Part shown: piece after piece, positions 1 through 14,353 of the stretch
How the letters are laid out: the number at the start of each line of letters is the position of its first letter
Numbering within the stretch: position 1 is the first letter of the stretch
Source: Marsupella aquatica
Taxonomy: Eukaryota; Plantae; Marchantiophyta
Direction of reading: 5' to 3'
DNA: 64,000 nt
NCBI GenBank assembly: GCA_973895155.1
Contig: OZ316894.1
Span: 8,518,234 to 8,582,233, forward strand
Notes under the pieces: model-generated
The model's database searches: none
Told to the model about the DNA's origin: nothing
Seen by the model: only the letters and a program-made list of their open reading frames with translations
Translations under genes and position numbers: made by a program

Positions 1-184
1 CCCTTGCCTAAGATTAATGTGACATGTATTTGATAATAGCCTTATTACTAATATTGTGATGAATGTATATACATGGATGTTGCCTACTTTAAAAAATATT
101 ATAAAAATTAGTTTGCATTACATTAAAAATACCCTTGCGTTGTTCGCACGTCCTCCCTGCATTAGTAACGCTGAGGGCCCAGGG
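1..184. mobile_element. Right end of a CCCTGGGCCC-TIR non-autonomous DNA transposon (left end outside window)
   Basis: Ends in ...GTTCGCACGTCCTCCCTGCATTAGTAACGCTGAGGGCCCAGGG. This matches the termini of the copies at 12130-12176 and, reverse-complemented, 39336-39420. Confidence 0.7.
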
Positions 185-928
185 ATCAGCTGTTTCAAGA
201 GCTACATGCAAAATGTCTATTCTTCTTTGTCCACGTGAAGGAGGTGCAAGAAGTCAATATAGGCGAGATAATCTGTCGAAGCAATGAGGGCCAGTGTCAG
301 AAGGGTTCTAATCCATCTCCAATAGCAAGTAACAGGGCTCAAGAAGGGCAATTAATGAATTTCGATGTCAAAGCAATAAATCCTAACTCTTAAGAGACAA
401 ATCGTCAACGCTGATACACATATACATACCGATTGCAAGCAATGATAGGTGAATAAATTTTAGCCTGTTTGACTCTCATAGGAAAGTTCCGGAGAGAGCA
501 GTTTGAGACAGCTTACCTGCAGGGCAAGTCCAACATGAACGTACCACAGACAAAAGAGCTACAGCACAATTTTACGGTTTCTTGATATGTTTTACTAGCA
601 CAATCATGTAGGCAGGTCGCAAGGTCAAGGCGAATGGTCCACACACGAATGGTCCACATACGGACACTCCACATAGACTAGGAAACTGCTGAATAGAGCC
701 AAGTAGCAATATGACTGTCCCTGAGTGGTACTTGCTAGGGTACCACCGGGTACCCACCTTTGCCCTCAGTACGACTGTCAGCTTTTTGTGGAATAGTGGA
801 AAGCTGAGTCGTACCTTAAACAATATGGCTGTCAGCTCTTTGCGGGATGTGATTTACTAGGTACCCTTAAACCTTGGTTGTAGTGAATGACATTTGTTGT
901 AGAGAATCGCATTGCGGTTGTATTGCAG

Positions 929-2455
<1,527 letters not shown>

Positions 2456-2786
2456 TGTAAGTTTCTGATATATTGATACGAGAATGACTGCCGAGGGGAA
2501 GAGAGGGGCCCCACATAAATACATGTCAGTGAGACATACGGATCAAGAATGATCGATGGTCACAAGAGAAAGGCAGATCAATCTACGATAGAAAAGGCAA
2601 AGTACAACCAACGATCAATGTGATCACTAAATACAATAGCGGATAATGCGCCGGGATAACTGGTGTAGTGGAGCTAGGACAAACTGAGTAGTGGAGCTGA
2701 TCCGAGTGGGATCTCCAAATGATGCTTTGGCACTTGGGAGCGTAGATCCAAGTAACTTCCTATGAAAGACTAAGTTACTGTCAACA
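2456..2786 (-). repeat. Copia 3' LTR (331 bp)
   Basis: TGTAAG...TCAACA. By-eye comparison gives 7 substitutions, all transitions, relative to 27795-28125. PPT AGCGAGGGAGGG (minus) is adjacent at 2787-2798. Confidence 0.95.
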
Positions 2787-2897
2787 CCCTCCCTCGCTCT
2801 AAGGGCTAAAGCGTTCCTAATCAGATAGGAAAAGACAGGGTATATGATGGCGTAGATACAGATCAGAATGTCGTGGACCTGATGGATATATATAGGT

Positions 2898-3365
2898 ATG
2901 TGGCTGATGTTGTCGTGCTTGCAAAAGGTGGTTTCTTTAGTGGATTTAAAGCTGGAACATCTGCAGCGGAGACTAGCTGAGAAGACAAGTCATGGGATAG
3001 ATGTGGATGATGGTAAGCAAATGCTTAAACCCGTGTCAGACAGCGTAGTGAAACGTTACATTCTCACAAAATTGAGGAAGCAGGTTGGGCCGTCTGAGCT
3101 GATGTCCTATAGATGTATAAATAGAGCGTGGCAGGATGCGTTGAAAAATACAGAAGAGTGGACAGCCTTTGAATGGATGAAACATGAAGTGTCAAGAAAA
3201 GAAAAGTCTCGTCAGGAACAGATTCAGAGGTATTGGTTCAATCTTCATGATTTACGAGAAGAGATCAGGAATCAAGAAAAGTCCATGGAGGAAAGTATAA
3301 ACGATTTCAGGATGGCAGCATTGCAGCAGAAATGTGTGTGCGATGAGATGATACGGTCTTCATGA
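2898..3365 (+). CDS. Antisense accessory ORF inside the copia 3' region: F-box-like motif plus coiled coil
   Basis: 155-aa open ORF between RNase H and the PPT. LKPVSDSVVKRYILTKL...LMSYRCINRAWQDAL...W resembles the F-box consensus LPD(D)(I/V)xxxIL..L....L..R.V(C/N)(K/R)xW. Confidence 0.5.
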   Translation: MWLMLSCLQKVVSLVDLKLEHLQRRLAEKTSHGIDVDDGKQMLKPVSDSVVKRYILTKLRKQVGPSELMSYRCINRAWQDALKNTEEWTAFEWMKHEVSRKEKSRQEQIQRYWFNLHDLREEIRNQEKSMEESINDFRMAALQQKCVCDEMIRSS

Positions 3366-3399
3366 GATTAGAAAGATCCAGCACTCCAATGGCTGTTCG

Positions 3400-4057
3400 A
3401 TGTCGTTCAAAATGTGGTCGGGACAAGGCCTTGGTAAGTACATCAGCGGGTTGCTGATTGGTTGGAATGTACTTTAGACTGATCCCCCCTCAAGGACGCG
3501 TTCCCGAACAAAATGATGGTGAACTTCAATGTGCTTCGTGCGCGCATGAAAAATGGGATTACGGGCAAGCTTGATGGCGCCTTCATTGTCGCAGTGAAGA
3601 ATTGTGTTTGAAGATGGTAGAGCAGCAAGAATGTGAGAATCTTTACATTGCAGTGAAACTTCAAGATCCGGAATGAGTTGAAGTTCGAGAAGTAGACGTC
3701 GTAGGTAGACAGCTTCTTGAGCTCCAGACGATAATGCCATGTACTCAGATTCAGTAGAAGATTTGCTGGTAGTAGCTTGGCGCTTGCTGTGCCAAGAAAC
3801 TGGGCTGGGACCAAGTGTTAAAATGTAGGCCCCAACAGAGTGGCGAGTCGTAGGGCAGGTAGCCCAATCTGCATCAGTGTAAGCAGAGAGGGTGAGGGGA
3901 GTGTTGCGCTGATAAAAAATACCATAGTGAGTAGTGTGCCGGAGGTAGCGAAATATGTGCTTCGTTGCCTGCATGTGATCCTCCCGAGGATCTTGCATGA
4001 ATCGGCTCACAAGACCAACTGCAAAGGATAAGTCTGGGCGGGAGTTGGTAAGGTAAA
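3400..4057 (-). pseudogene. Copia pol C-terminus (end of RT plus RNase H)
   Basis: YLTNSRPDLSFAVGLVSRFMQ, YTDADWA, SSTESEY, CDNEGAIKLARNPIFHARTKHIEVHHHFVRE. There is a frameshift near 3480. Confidence 0.93.
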
Positions 4058-4399
4058 CACTAGTGGAAAATAGTGTCCTTAATGACTAGAATGAGGACTG
4101 AAAAACGAGTCATATGTACCAATATATGACTAGAGCTTTTCTGTCATACCTGCCTCGTCTTTTAGGACAGTCAATTAAGACAAATGACTAAAACTCTCAC
4201 CAGTCATTTATGGTAGTCCTAAATGACACAATATTTTTGAAATGACATATTGTTCTAAATGACTGAATGAATGGCCGTTAGTCATTTAGGTATATCTTTA
4301 ATGACACATATTTAAACAAATCATATTACAACACGTGGCAACTACGCATGGTTGTCATTATATGTCATTTTAGACATATCATAAATGACACAATAATAA

Positions 4400-4612
4400 A
4401 TCATTTAAGGTGTCATTTAGTGTGTCATTGAAGGTGTCGTACATGGTGTCATTAAAAATGTCATACAAGGTGTCATTGAGGGTGTCATATAGGGTGTCAT
4501 TGAGAGTGTCATTGAAGGTGTCATTGAGAGTGTCATACATGGTGTCATTGAGGGTGTCATACATGGTGTCATTGAGGGTATCATTGAGGGTGTCATATAG
4601 GGTGTTTTTAAG
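4400..4612. repeat. 12-bp tandem array (GTGTCATTGAGG-like), CACTA subterminal repeats
   Basis: About 17 degenerate 12-bp units containing TGTCAT. They generate the spurious NDTL and VSLR repeat ORFs. Confidence 0.9.
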
Positions 4613-4710
4613 TAATGTCATTTGGGATGTATTTAAGAGCTCATAGTTATATTCAAAATCACATACAATGAATCCACTTAAACCCTAAACAAAGACATCA
4701 CTTTGCGCAT

Positions 4711-4855
4711 CATCATTGTATTCAAAAATTCACACTCCAACATTCACAAGCTCTAATATAGAATAATTGAAAAAACAGAAGTCATCATTGTATTCATAAA
4801 TTCACATTCCAACATTCACAAGCTCTAGTATAGAACAATTGAAAAAACAGAAGTC
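4711..4855. repeat. ~72-bp tandem duplication
   Basis: CATCATTGTATTCA...AAAAAACAGAAGTC occurs twice in tandem. Confidence 0.85.
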
Positions 4856-4960
4856 TTTATGATGAAGTGATAGAAAGTACACATTTTTCACTCGCATGAG
4901 TGAAACAATGGTAACCAAAATATTCAAAAATTCTCTGTTCTATATGATCAGAGAAAATGT

Positions 4961-7956
4961 TCAACACTTCCGAAGAAACCTAGCATTCCACAATGTATTC
5001 ATTCCTAACACATTCCGTAAGCAGAGTTGTTTCTCTTCTTTGTTGGATATTGACAATGCTGCATCACCACAATACACTGCCTTAACTGATACTCGCACCC
5101 AAGGACTCTCAATCATGACACAATGAAATTTATCCTCTCCTGGTAACCCTGTCACTTCACCTCTAGCAACAACTGTAGAGCGATCCACAACGCTTCGTAC
5201 TTCTACAGCATCTCCTTTTGAAAACTGCCACACAAAATTGTTAGGACAAAATATTGTCTTGTAGTACTGATTTGGGCATATCATCAATTTAAGAACATAA
5301 ACCAACTGAAAATAAATTCACCTTTGTTGCTGGATTTGGGAAGAGAACTGGTCCTCGTTCACTAGGTGAGATAGTGATAGGGGTTAATTTCTTGAATCTC
5401 TTTGAAGGCCTACGTGGTGTAGCCTCTTGTTCTTGAATTGCATTTGACACTATCTGTTCATCTGTGACAGCAATCTCATCACTCTCACCATTACCAATGC
5501 TGCTTTGTACAATGCAAGGTTCCTGTAGTGCTCCCAAATTTTCTTCTCCCATACTTGGCTTTGGCTTCTGCCTTGTTAAAGTATCTGATTTCTCTCGCTG
5601 TGATACAGGATTCTCCCCTGAAGAAGCTACCACAAAACCAAACAATGAATGCTTATCTAGAAAACTTCATTCTAAATTGAAAAATAAATTATTGCATATG
5701 TAACATGTTTAGAGTATAAGTTTGTATGTTCTTACCATCACCATTACCTGAGAAAGTAAGAGAATGTTTCCTGCTACTACCTTTAGGCTCAACCACCACC
5801 TTAGTAGCAATTGCATTTGATAATTGCATATGGAACTCATTCTGTTGATTTTGTGCAATGAAAGAAGTCATCATAGATGTCAAATTGTCCACTTTGAATT
5901 CAAGTTTGGTTAAATTCTCCATAGACTGTTCAAGCTTGAGTAATCGAGCTGGTTCCTCAATTGTAGTTTCCCTGGACAGTGGAGTCTACATACACAAACA
6001 CACCATACAATGTCAATCATCAATGATAATTTGAACATCATGAATAACTGATAATCAAAATTGAATATATATACACAGATTTTCATTACATACCGCTGAT
6101 CCATGTGCAGATCCAATTCCAACAAAACTACTGCCTCGATGTTCACCACTGCCCATAGATGGACTAATCTGCACTAGGGGATTGGACTACTAGACACAAG
6201 TTTTGATGTAACAGGGCTCGTCATTCCTTTTGCTTTCTGGAAACACATAATCACATTCAAAGCAATTGGAATATTAATGAGAACTCATCATGTCATTATT
6301 TATTCCTATACTAGATAAACACTTCAATTCAAATGACAGTCTAGACCTGCAATGAGATGGACCATCTGAATATTCTTACCAATCTTTTTTTTGCTCCAGC
6401 AGCCCCTCCTCTTCCAAAATGCTCTTTGTTCACCACTTCTGCCCTCCTTGCTTTCATCATAGCACTCCTTGCAAGCAAAGTAGGACTATCAAAATGATCC
6501 ACCAGTCGTGCTCATTTCAATGGGTCAACATATTGAGGTCCTGGTTTGGAGCGATCACGTTTACATACATCCTTCCAATAAGTATTTAGTTTGTGACGTT
6601 CTCTTTTCAATAACGTCCGACAGTGACTAATAAATTTCTTGTCAAACACTGGCTGCTTATCTGGATACTCCCAATCTGCCTTCATCAATTTTTGCACATC
6701 CTCAATTATGTTTGGATCTTGTTTGTTCCAATCAGGTTCTGATACATCAAAAAGCCTCAAGACATTGGCACGTAGCTCCTCCATCCAATATGGTTTATTA
6801 GGATGAGAATCATCAATATCATTGTCATGAATCTGAAAAAAACACCACAAATGATAGTCATCAACATTGGGAATGAAACAAACACCCAATTACTTCTGAG
6901 TACACAAATGTGAAATGTGCAATGAAAATCTTACCGTTATCAATTTTCCCTTCTTATTGTCAGCCCTTCTTGCACTACCGGTTCTCTGGAATTGTTTTTT
7001 GGCTTGCCTAGATTCCCTGCGTTGCTCTATTGCAGTCTTTCTTCCCTCTACATACACAATGAGCATCCAATATTGATCATCCACAATTGCAAAATGAGGG
7101 ACAAGAAATATTACAATATAATAGGAGGACGCTTCATTGAATTTGACTTACCTGAACCCTGACTGGATGTCACTACTGCAGAGTGTCCAGATTTCCCAAT
7201 CGATGTTGATGGAACCACCACTATACACATGCAAACCACTGGAGTTATGAATCCAACATTCATATAGATCAACATTGAAAAATACATTAAAAATCTTTGA
7301 AATTACTTACATTCAAATAGCTGGCCAGTCATAGGGTCTTTGTAACATTGCACCATGCCACTCATGGAAGGTCCAACCTTTGTAGGGGTTTCTTTTGCAT
7401 CTGCCAAGCTCTTAGATGGAGGTTGCAGATGTTCCTGTCTAGATCAAGTTAAAACAAATGTTTTTAAACAGAATCATTACCAATGTCTATAGTTTCCTCA
7501 TAATGTTGGTGAAATGTAATAGGAATCTCACCTTGGATGAACTTTCTGGTTTCTCATCTTCACTGTACTCAGCATCAGTGTCATAATCTGATTCAGAGCC
7601 CTCATCACCAGACTCTGCCATACTCACTGAGGCAATTCTTGATAGTTTGGAACTCTGTCTCCTCTGTGTGGTAACCTCACTTCTAGGAGTTCGATGTGCA
7701 CTTGTTTCCTTCTTGCGCCCTACAGTCTGTGTTGTGCATTCAGTCTACATCAGAGAATATCAATGAATGAATGACAAGTATCAAAAACAAACTCATTGCT
7801 GATGAGCAATATTAACACATCTTTGCACATTAAAAACAACATGCAAGATTATACTCACATGAAATTGAAATTTTCTCCAAATATCTCCTTGAATTTTCTA
7901 TTGTTGTCTGTTACCTTCTTATTTCGTTCCTCCTCATATGGAGGTATTCGCTGCAT
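4961..7956 (-). CDS. CACTA second gene (TnpA/ORF2-like), multi-exon; exon boundaries approximate
   Basis: First exon MQRIPPYEEERNKKVTDNNRKF carries the YE..R...N motif typical of CACTA ORF2 N-termini. Many GT-AG introns on the minus strand. Includes exon ORFs 6512-6832, 5289-5986 and 4961-5250 (VVARGEV...FH...WVRVSV...DAAL...LW). Confidence 0.65.
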
Positions 7957-8040
7957 TCACTGCTAGACTATGGCATGCCATGTTAGTATGATCCCACTCC
8001 CAACTAAATGAAACTGGACTATACAGTATCTTCAAACCAT

Positions 8041-11000
8041 TCATTTCCTTTTATACTTTCTTTTTCCTTTGTCTGTAGTACTTGGTCCAGGCTCCTGTCT
8101 AGTTGTACAGGCTTCTGCCAACTCTATGTGAAACTTAGCATTGTCATCCATAGTATCATGGAAATCAACTTCCATGTAATCACCCAACACCCTTGTAGAC
8201 CTGGATTCCTTGTGGAGGATTGCCCTCCATGCAATCTCCTTATCATTTGGGTAAAAAAACACCTATTCTATCTGTCGTGGCAGTACATAGTCCATTTTCT
8301 TGGAAGCACCCAGCTCCTTCTGAAAATTTACTTGCCACAATCCAGACGCATCATATCTCATACTTGCAGTGGCTTTGGGAGTCCAAGATGGGTTTGCCCA
8401 CCTTCCTTTGAAAAGGACCACTTCCTTTATCAGAGGCCCATAGTTCAACACTAAGATGTCTGTCAACACCCCCACATATTGTACAGATTCATCTACTATT
8501 GCCCCTGACCTAATGACCCACTTCTCAGTGAATGTACAAGCCATCCCAGAATCAAAAGTCTTGAACCCAGATGAGTCACAATCAATCAAGGAACCTAGTG
8601 ATGGAATGGTCCTCCAATGGTGCCCATAGGCTCTACAGGCCCTGTACCGTAGTGCCTTCAGACTAGGTGGTACACTATACTCTGCCAACACCATTCGTTC
8701 AAACTCATTCTCAAAATTATGCCTTCTAATTGTCACTTCAAACCATTCTCTAAAAGGAGGCAACTCATCCAAATCAGAGGGATAAGGCACAGGATTCCTC
8801 CGATTTCCTGGATTCTTCATCCATTCTTTCCGGAAATCTGCTCTGTGCTTGGTAACTGCCTCCTTTTGATCATCATAAACCCTGCATGGCAAGAATGATA
8901 GTCAGCTCCTAGGCCCACACAATTTCTGCTCAAAACTCAATTTTGTTTAATAATAAACAACAGAGAATTTAACAATATAAATTAACCATGCTCATACCTA
9001 TACCATGGTTCCACCAGCTCTTCATTCTCCAGTATGTAATGATGCATAGTTATCATATCATTCCACTCCAAGGTGATTTGTTTTCCAGCTCCTTCCAAGA
9101 CAATGCTTGCAACACGAGGATTCTCCTCCAAGTCCCATGTTCTCATTCCTGTCCCCTTAACATCGATCATGTATTCAGAAAGGAATCCTAAAGATTCATC
9201 CAGAAGGTAGCCTTCAGCCATAGAAGCCTCTGGACGTGCCTTGTTTCGAACATAACCCTTCAAGGTCTTTAGATATCTTTCTATTGGGTACATCCATCTA
9301 ATGTTCACTGGACCACAGATGTCTAGTTCCTGAACCAGATGAATCAACAGATGGGTCATGACATCAAAGAAGCTTGGTGGGAAATGAATTTCCATAAGGC
9401 AGAGTGTGAATGCAACATCCATCATCACAGAGTCGTACTGTGAGGGATCCCAAACCTTGGCACAGATGGTACGCCACACATTGCTCACTCTGGCTATGGC
9501 CAACCGAACACCTTCATCAAGTAATCCCATTGTTGCCAATGGAAGGATTTGTTGCATGAGGTGATGGAAATCGTGAGATTTCAGCCCTGATAACTTCTTC
9601 TTAACTGTGACACATTTAGCCAGAGAACTGCTGAAACCAGTGGGCCCTTTAAAGGTCAACAATACCTCTAAGAACTTAGTCTTCTCTGTCTTACTGAGGC
9701 AGTATGGGGCTGGCGGCATGATCTTTGAATCTTTTTTTGGATCTGGATTTGGAACCAGCCACAGGTGTTCCCGCACGTCCATGACTTTCATGTCTTCTCG
9801 AACAGAAGGAGTATCCTTTGTCCCCAAAATAGTGTGCATAATGTTGTGTGCAAGATTCTTCTCACAGTGCATGGGATCCAAACAATGGTTGATGAGAAGT
9901 TTCTGCATTGGACGCACAGTTCAGTACAAACTAAGTTAGAATAAGAAATGTTACTCTTTGCTACTTAACATTAATACACACTGAGGGATTCAGTATGGGA
10001 AACCAGATACTTACACTCTAGTACGACAGCTTGTATAATCCAGTAACCCTCTTCACTCCATTCTTCTTTACTGGAGAGTTTTCATCATCCAGCGCATTCC
10101 CTGGTTTCTTCTCCACATATTTAGCGACCTTTTCTCCCCAACGTTTCCTATCAGAGCTGGACACTCTACACGGTGCAGCTCGTGCCTCTAGCTCACCATT
10201 AAAGTATTTTGCCATTTCCTTTGTGCAAAAATAGTGTCTCTGTGGTAACCAGCGATGATGGCCAGCAAAGAGTAACTTGCCTAACTGTTTTGAACCATGT
10301 GCCACACAATTTGGCCCACAAACCACACATCCTTTGTACCCTGCATGTTGTTGGCCAGAGACTAATCCATATGCAGGATAATCATTGATTGTCCACAATA
10401 CTGAAGCCCTTAGCTTGAACTCTTGTTGCAATCCTAGCCTTGGTAGAACATCAAAACAATCCACTCCTTCTGACCATAATGTCTCAAGATCATCCACAAG
10501 TGGAGCCATGTATACATCAAATTGTTCCTCGCTTACAGACACAGGACCTGGAATTAGAAGAGCCAGCATGACAAAGAACTTCTTTGTGGAAAGCCAAGGA
10601 GGGATATTATAATTCAACAGTAGGATTGGCCATGTAGACCAGGCAGTAGAATTATTTCCAAATGGATTTACCCCATCAAGTGCCAATCCCATTCGCACAT
10701 TCCTTGGCTCAGCAGTAAAAGCAAGGTCGATCTCTGTGTCCACATGTTTCCATGCCTTTGAATCTGCTGGATGTCGGACCATGTTGTCCTTGCTCTTGTT
10801 CTCATGATGCCAAGTCATTAGCTTAGATGTACCCTTAGTGGCATACAATCTCTTCAATCGAGGGATTATAGGGAAATATCTCAAGACCTTCACAGGCTGT
10901 AAAGAATTCCCCACTAACTTCATCTTTGGTTGATTACACTTGGAACAATTGTCCAACTCTGCAGTCTCATTTCTAAATAACATACATCCATTCTCACAGA

Positions 11001-12507
11001 CTGGGATTCTCTCATAGTCTAAACCCAATTTTCTCAGTAATTGTTTTGCAGCATATAGGTTTTTAGGGAGAGTGTGCTCTGTTGGCATTCCATGCTCAGT
11101 CAACAAAGACAACATGGCATTCACTCCCGTGTTCGAGAACCTATTGTTGTGACAGATGTTTAAAAATAACAACATGAAGGAAACTACATCTGTCTTACTG
11201 CCTGGAAATAAGGGTTTCATGGCTTCTTCTAAAGACCCTTGTAGAGGGACAGGATTTACAAGATGCCCTGCTGTAGGTGTGTCCTCAGCCCTGGTCTCAG
11301 CAGAGGGTGGATCTCCCTCATTCTCATCATTTTGAAACATTGAATCTATATCAAAAGGAGGATCATTATCCACATATTCGTCATACTCTTCAGAAGCTCT
11401 TGCCAATGTCTCCTGAAGTAAAACTTTGACCTGCTCTTCAACATCTATTGATGGCTGGCCTGAGTGGAATGCCTCTCGAGACATTCTTGCCCTCAGTGCC
11501 TCTGGACCAGAGCCCTGGGCCCCCAGCCTTTGTAAACTAAAGAGGTATATGTGCGTACACCCCCCTCCCTAGTACCCCTTATTATTTTTGGAAGCCTATA
11601 AAATTTCTCTTGTTATTCTTAAAAACTTAATTTTGGAGAATAAATATGCCCCTTTGAGATATTATAATTTCACATTTTACACCATTTATGAAAGCCTTGA
11701 AAAGTTATAAATTCATCATGTGCAAACGGTTCTAAAACTGACGGGAGTGTTTTGGAAGGGTTTTGGGTACATACATTTTTGTGTTCGTGACCCTTTAACC
11801 CCAAACTTCAACTTTGGGGCATTTCTGAACCACAGGGCAGGGTAGTCAGGGTTCAAAAGCTCCAAAGTCCTAAACTACTCTGAATCATAGATGTTGCAAG
11901 CATAATTATATGTCATATACACATGTTCCAATAAAGGGTGGCCACAAGGACCAATCCTATTGTGATGCGTGTCACATCCATATTACATTAACTCTTGAAG
12001 CATATTAACTTGGGCAATATTTATATAAGCCTATATTAGTTAGAAAGGGTTCTTTGAATAAAACCATCCCTTGATATTTCTAAGCCAATTATAAAAATTA
12101 ATCTCAAATCAGATTTTTTGCACCCTTCATCCGTTCGCACGTCCAGCCCATTATTAATAATGCTGGGGGCCCAGGGGACCAGAGTTATGGATGTAATTGG
12201 ATCTCCACTCCTCATCAGAAGAGTCTTCATCCTCTCCTACCCACACTTGACAGGCAGGGTAGCGGCCATATTTAAGAAGATGTTGTCGACTGGTCTTTCG
12301 AGTAGTCTTAACAATCCCTTTGCATTCCATGCAAGAGCAATACATTCTATGATCAGCACTACCAGAGCAAGCTGTCTGTTCCCGAGCCCATAAGTTATCA
12401 TCACGACGCTGTATTCGACGTGGATGGGAAAGAGGTAAACTTCTCAGGTTGTCTGCCTCTGTTGTATATGCAGTGTTATGTGACCCAACCTGGCTAGAAG
12501 AAGCCAT
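8041..12507 (-). pseudogene. CACTA Tnp2 transposase (transposase-associated domain, Transposase_21, DUF4218, DUF4216), disabled
   Basis: Motifs MYCSCMECK..HLLKYG, RHPADSKAW, LALDGVNPFG, INDYPAYG, LDPMHCEKN, GLKSHDFH, RWMYPIERYLK. Introns at 9903-10014 and 8882-8997. Nonsense codons at 10018-10020 (Y-TAG, expected W) and 8263-8265 (E-TAG-VFF, expected Q). MITE inserted at 11513-12176. Confidence 0.93.
11513..12176. mobile_element. 664-bp MITE with 15-bp TIRs and an 8-bp TSD
   Basis: CCCTGGGCCCCCAGC ... GCTGGGGGCCCAGGG flanked by GACCAGAG on both sides. Removal restores the transposase frame HNSGP-EALRARMSREAF. Confidence 0.95.
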
Positions 12508-13488
12508 GATTGCAGCACTACCTAATCAAAAACACAGTTGCACATCTTTCTTCTTTGACATCTTGCAGAGCATATGAATTGTTCTAGACAACTCCAAAAT
12601 CCTTCCATACCATCTTCTAGAGCGTCATCTGAAGCAAATGTGTGCACAAGTGAAGAATTAGACATACATTTGAGGTACTGGACTCCAACTGAAGTAAAGG
12701 CAGCTCCCACTTTAGCCCCGTTTGCCAATAGAATAGTTCATGCATGCCAACAACAGGTAAACAGATGACATATTAGCAACTTGATCAGAAATTATTTACT
12801 TGGGTACGTTACCTAATCTCATTTCATATTGTAAGTGGCATTGGGTATTTGAAGGAGATCTGAATTGTACAAATCAAAATGACAAAAGTTTACAAAACCA
12901 AATAAAAGCCTACCTCAACCAGATTTAGGGCAAGGGTGTTCACAGTAGTCAGCAATCTCGGACCCTTCAAAACAGTGAGTACAATAACAAACATTAATCA
13001 TAATGTCCAACAATCCCCTCCTTCATTCTTTGTCTTTTGAATTCATTTGTTGAAATGATCCTCTTCATCAAGGCAGTTTGTTGTGGGCAGGTACTAGAAT
13101 AGATTCCAGAAGGGTTTCATGTAATGTACATATTTAATTAAACATATAGTGTTTTTGTGCAGTAGTAAGAATGGAATACACACTCAGTCTTCAAAATCCT
13201 CAAAAATGAGAAAGTTTGAGAAAGTTTGAGAAAGTTCAGAGACCCGGGTTGAGAGCGTTCTTAAGGCTGTGGGTTTAGAAAGGCAATACTACAATACTTG
13301 AAAGACATTAAGTGAAGTTTGCCTTCTTATGGCCAGATCCCTGAAAAGGGACAACAAAACTTTTAAGACCTTGGGTGGATTTTAGGTCTTGTTCAGGTCA
13401 GTGTGATGTTTTTTAGTTTTTTTGTTATGTATCTCCATTCAGGCTCTTCACATGTTTGCCACTGACACTCTTAACAGTCATCATACAA

Positions 13489-13935
13489 TCAGAATTGATA
13501 CTGGTCTTTCTCCAGTAAGTGTTGCTCTACTCTAGGGCAAACAGTCTCAACCCCTGGTCCCAAGACTGGCTCATCATGGTGGAACATTATACAGGCACAC
13601 CTCCTCTGCAGCCTATTGTATCCATCCCGCCTATATATATCCCTTGGGCGCACTCGACATTTTGGGCAAAAATCCTCACAACTGTGGATATAGGCAGAGT
13701 AGCATATCTGCTCTGGTTGTACCACTCCATTATCAACTGCCACAATACAAAAACCTATGGGTAAGGGTGGAGCATCCAGAGTAATGGGCCGACTGTACGT
13801 GTCTCTATGTATAGGCGAAAACTCCCATTGCACAACAGAACTGGCAAGGACCAACCTCATTCCACTCAGCTTCAGGCGTAGCCTCTCAGCTCTGCCTTCA
13901 AGGTCAGCTCCCAAGCTGCTACGCGTCCTTGGCAT
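13489..13935 (-). CDS. Orphan Cys/His-rich ORF inside CACTA (~148 aa from ATG)
   Basis: ATG lies just after a splice-acceptor-like TTGTTACAG. Open frame contains HSCEDFCPKC...RRCACIMFHH. Family not recognised. Confidence 0.45.
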   Translation of the reverse strand: MPRTRSSLGADLEGRAERLRLKLSGMRLVLASSVVQWEFSPIHRDTYSRPITLDAPPLPIGFCIVAVDNGVVQPEQICYSAYIHSCEDFCPKCRVRPRDIYRRDGYNRLQRRCACIMFHHDEPVLGPGVETVCPRVEQHLLEKDQYQF

Positions 13936-14353
13936 CACTGTAACAAATACAAGAAGCAATAGCTTATCCAACCCAAACGCTTCAATGAATTTCATGCAAC
14001 AATTTAGCATTCAACTATTTCATACAATCACACAGTTTAGTCCATTTGAGTTTAGTACATTAGATAGTGTAGTCCACTTCATACAATCAGACAATTTAGT
14101 CCTTTTCATACAATCAAACAGTTTAGTCCATTTAATACAATCATCCTACTTTAGTCCAATTCAGCTTAATCCATTGAATCCAACTTGACATAGTACTCCA
14201 TTTTCATCCAACCAAAAACTCAGGTGCTCCATTGTACCCCTTTAGTCCATTTTTTTATGTCCAGTATACTTCCATAAGTCCTTAGCCCATTTTAAGTTCA
14301 GTATACTTTGTACTATGCAGTGTTTTCTACACAACTGAAGGCTTAATTATGAT

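Noticed and set aside
4379-4646. ORFs with NDTL/YDTL or VSLR repeats
   Set aside because: Translation artefacts of the 12-bp CACTA subterminal array.
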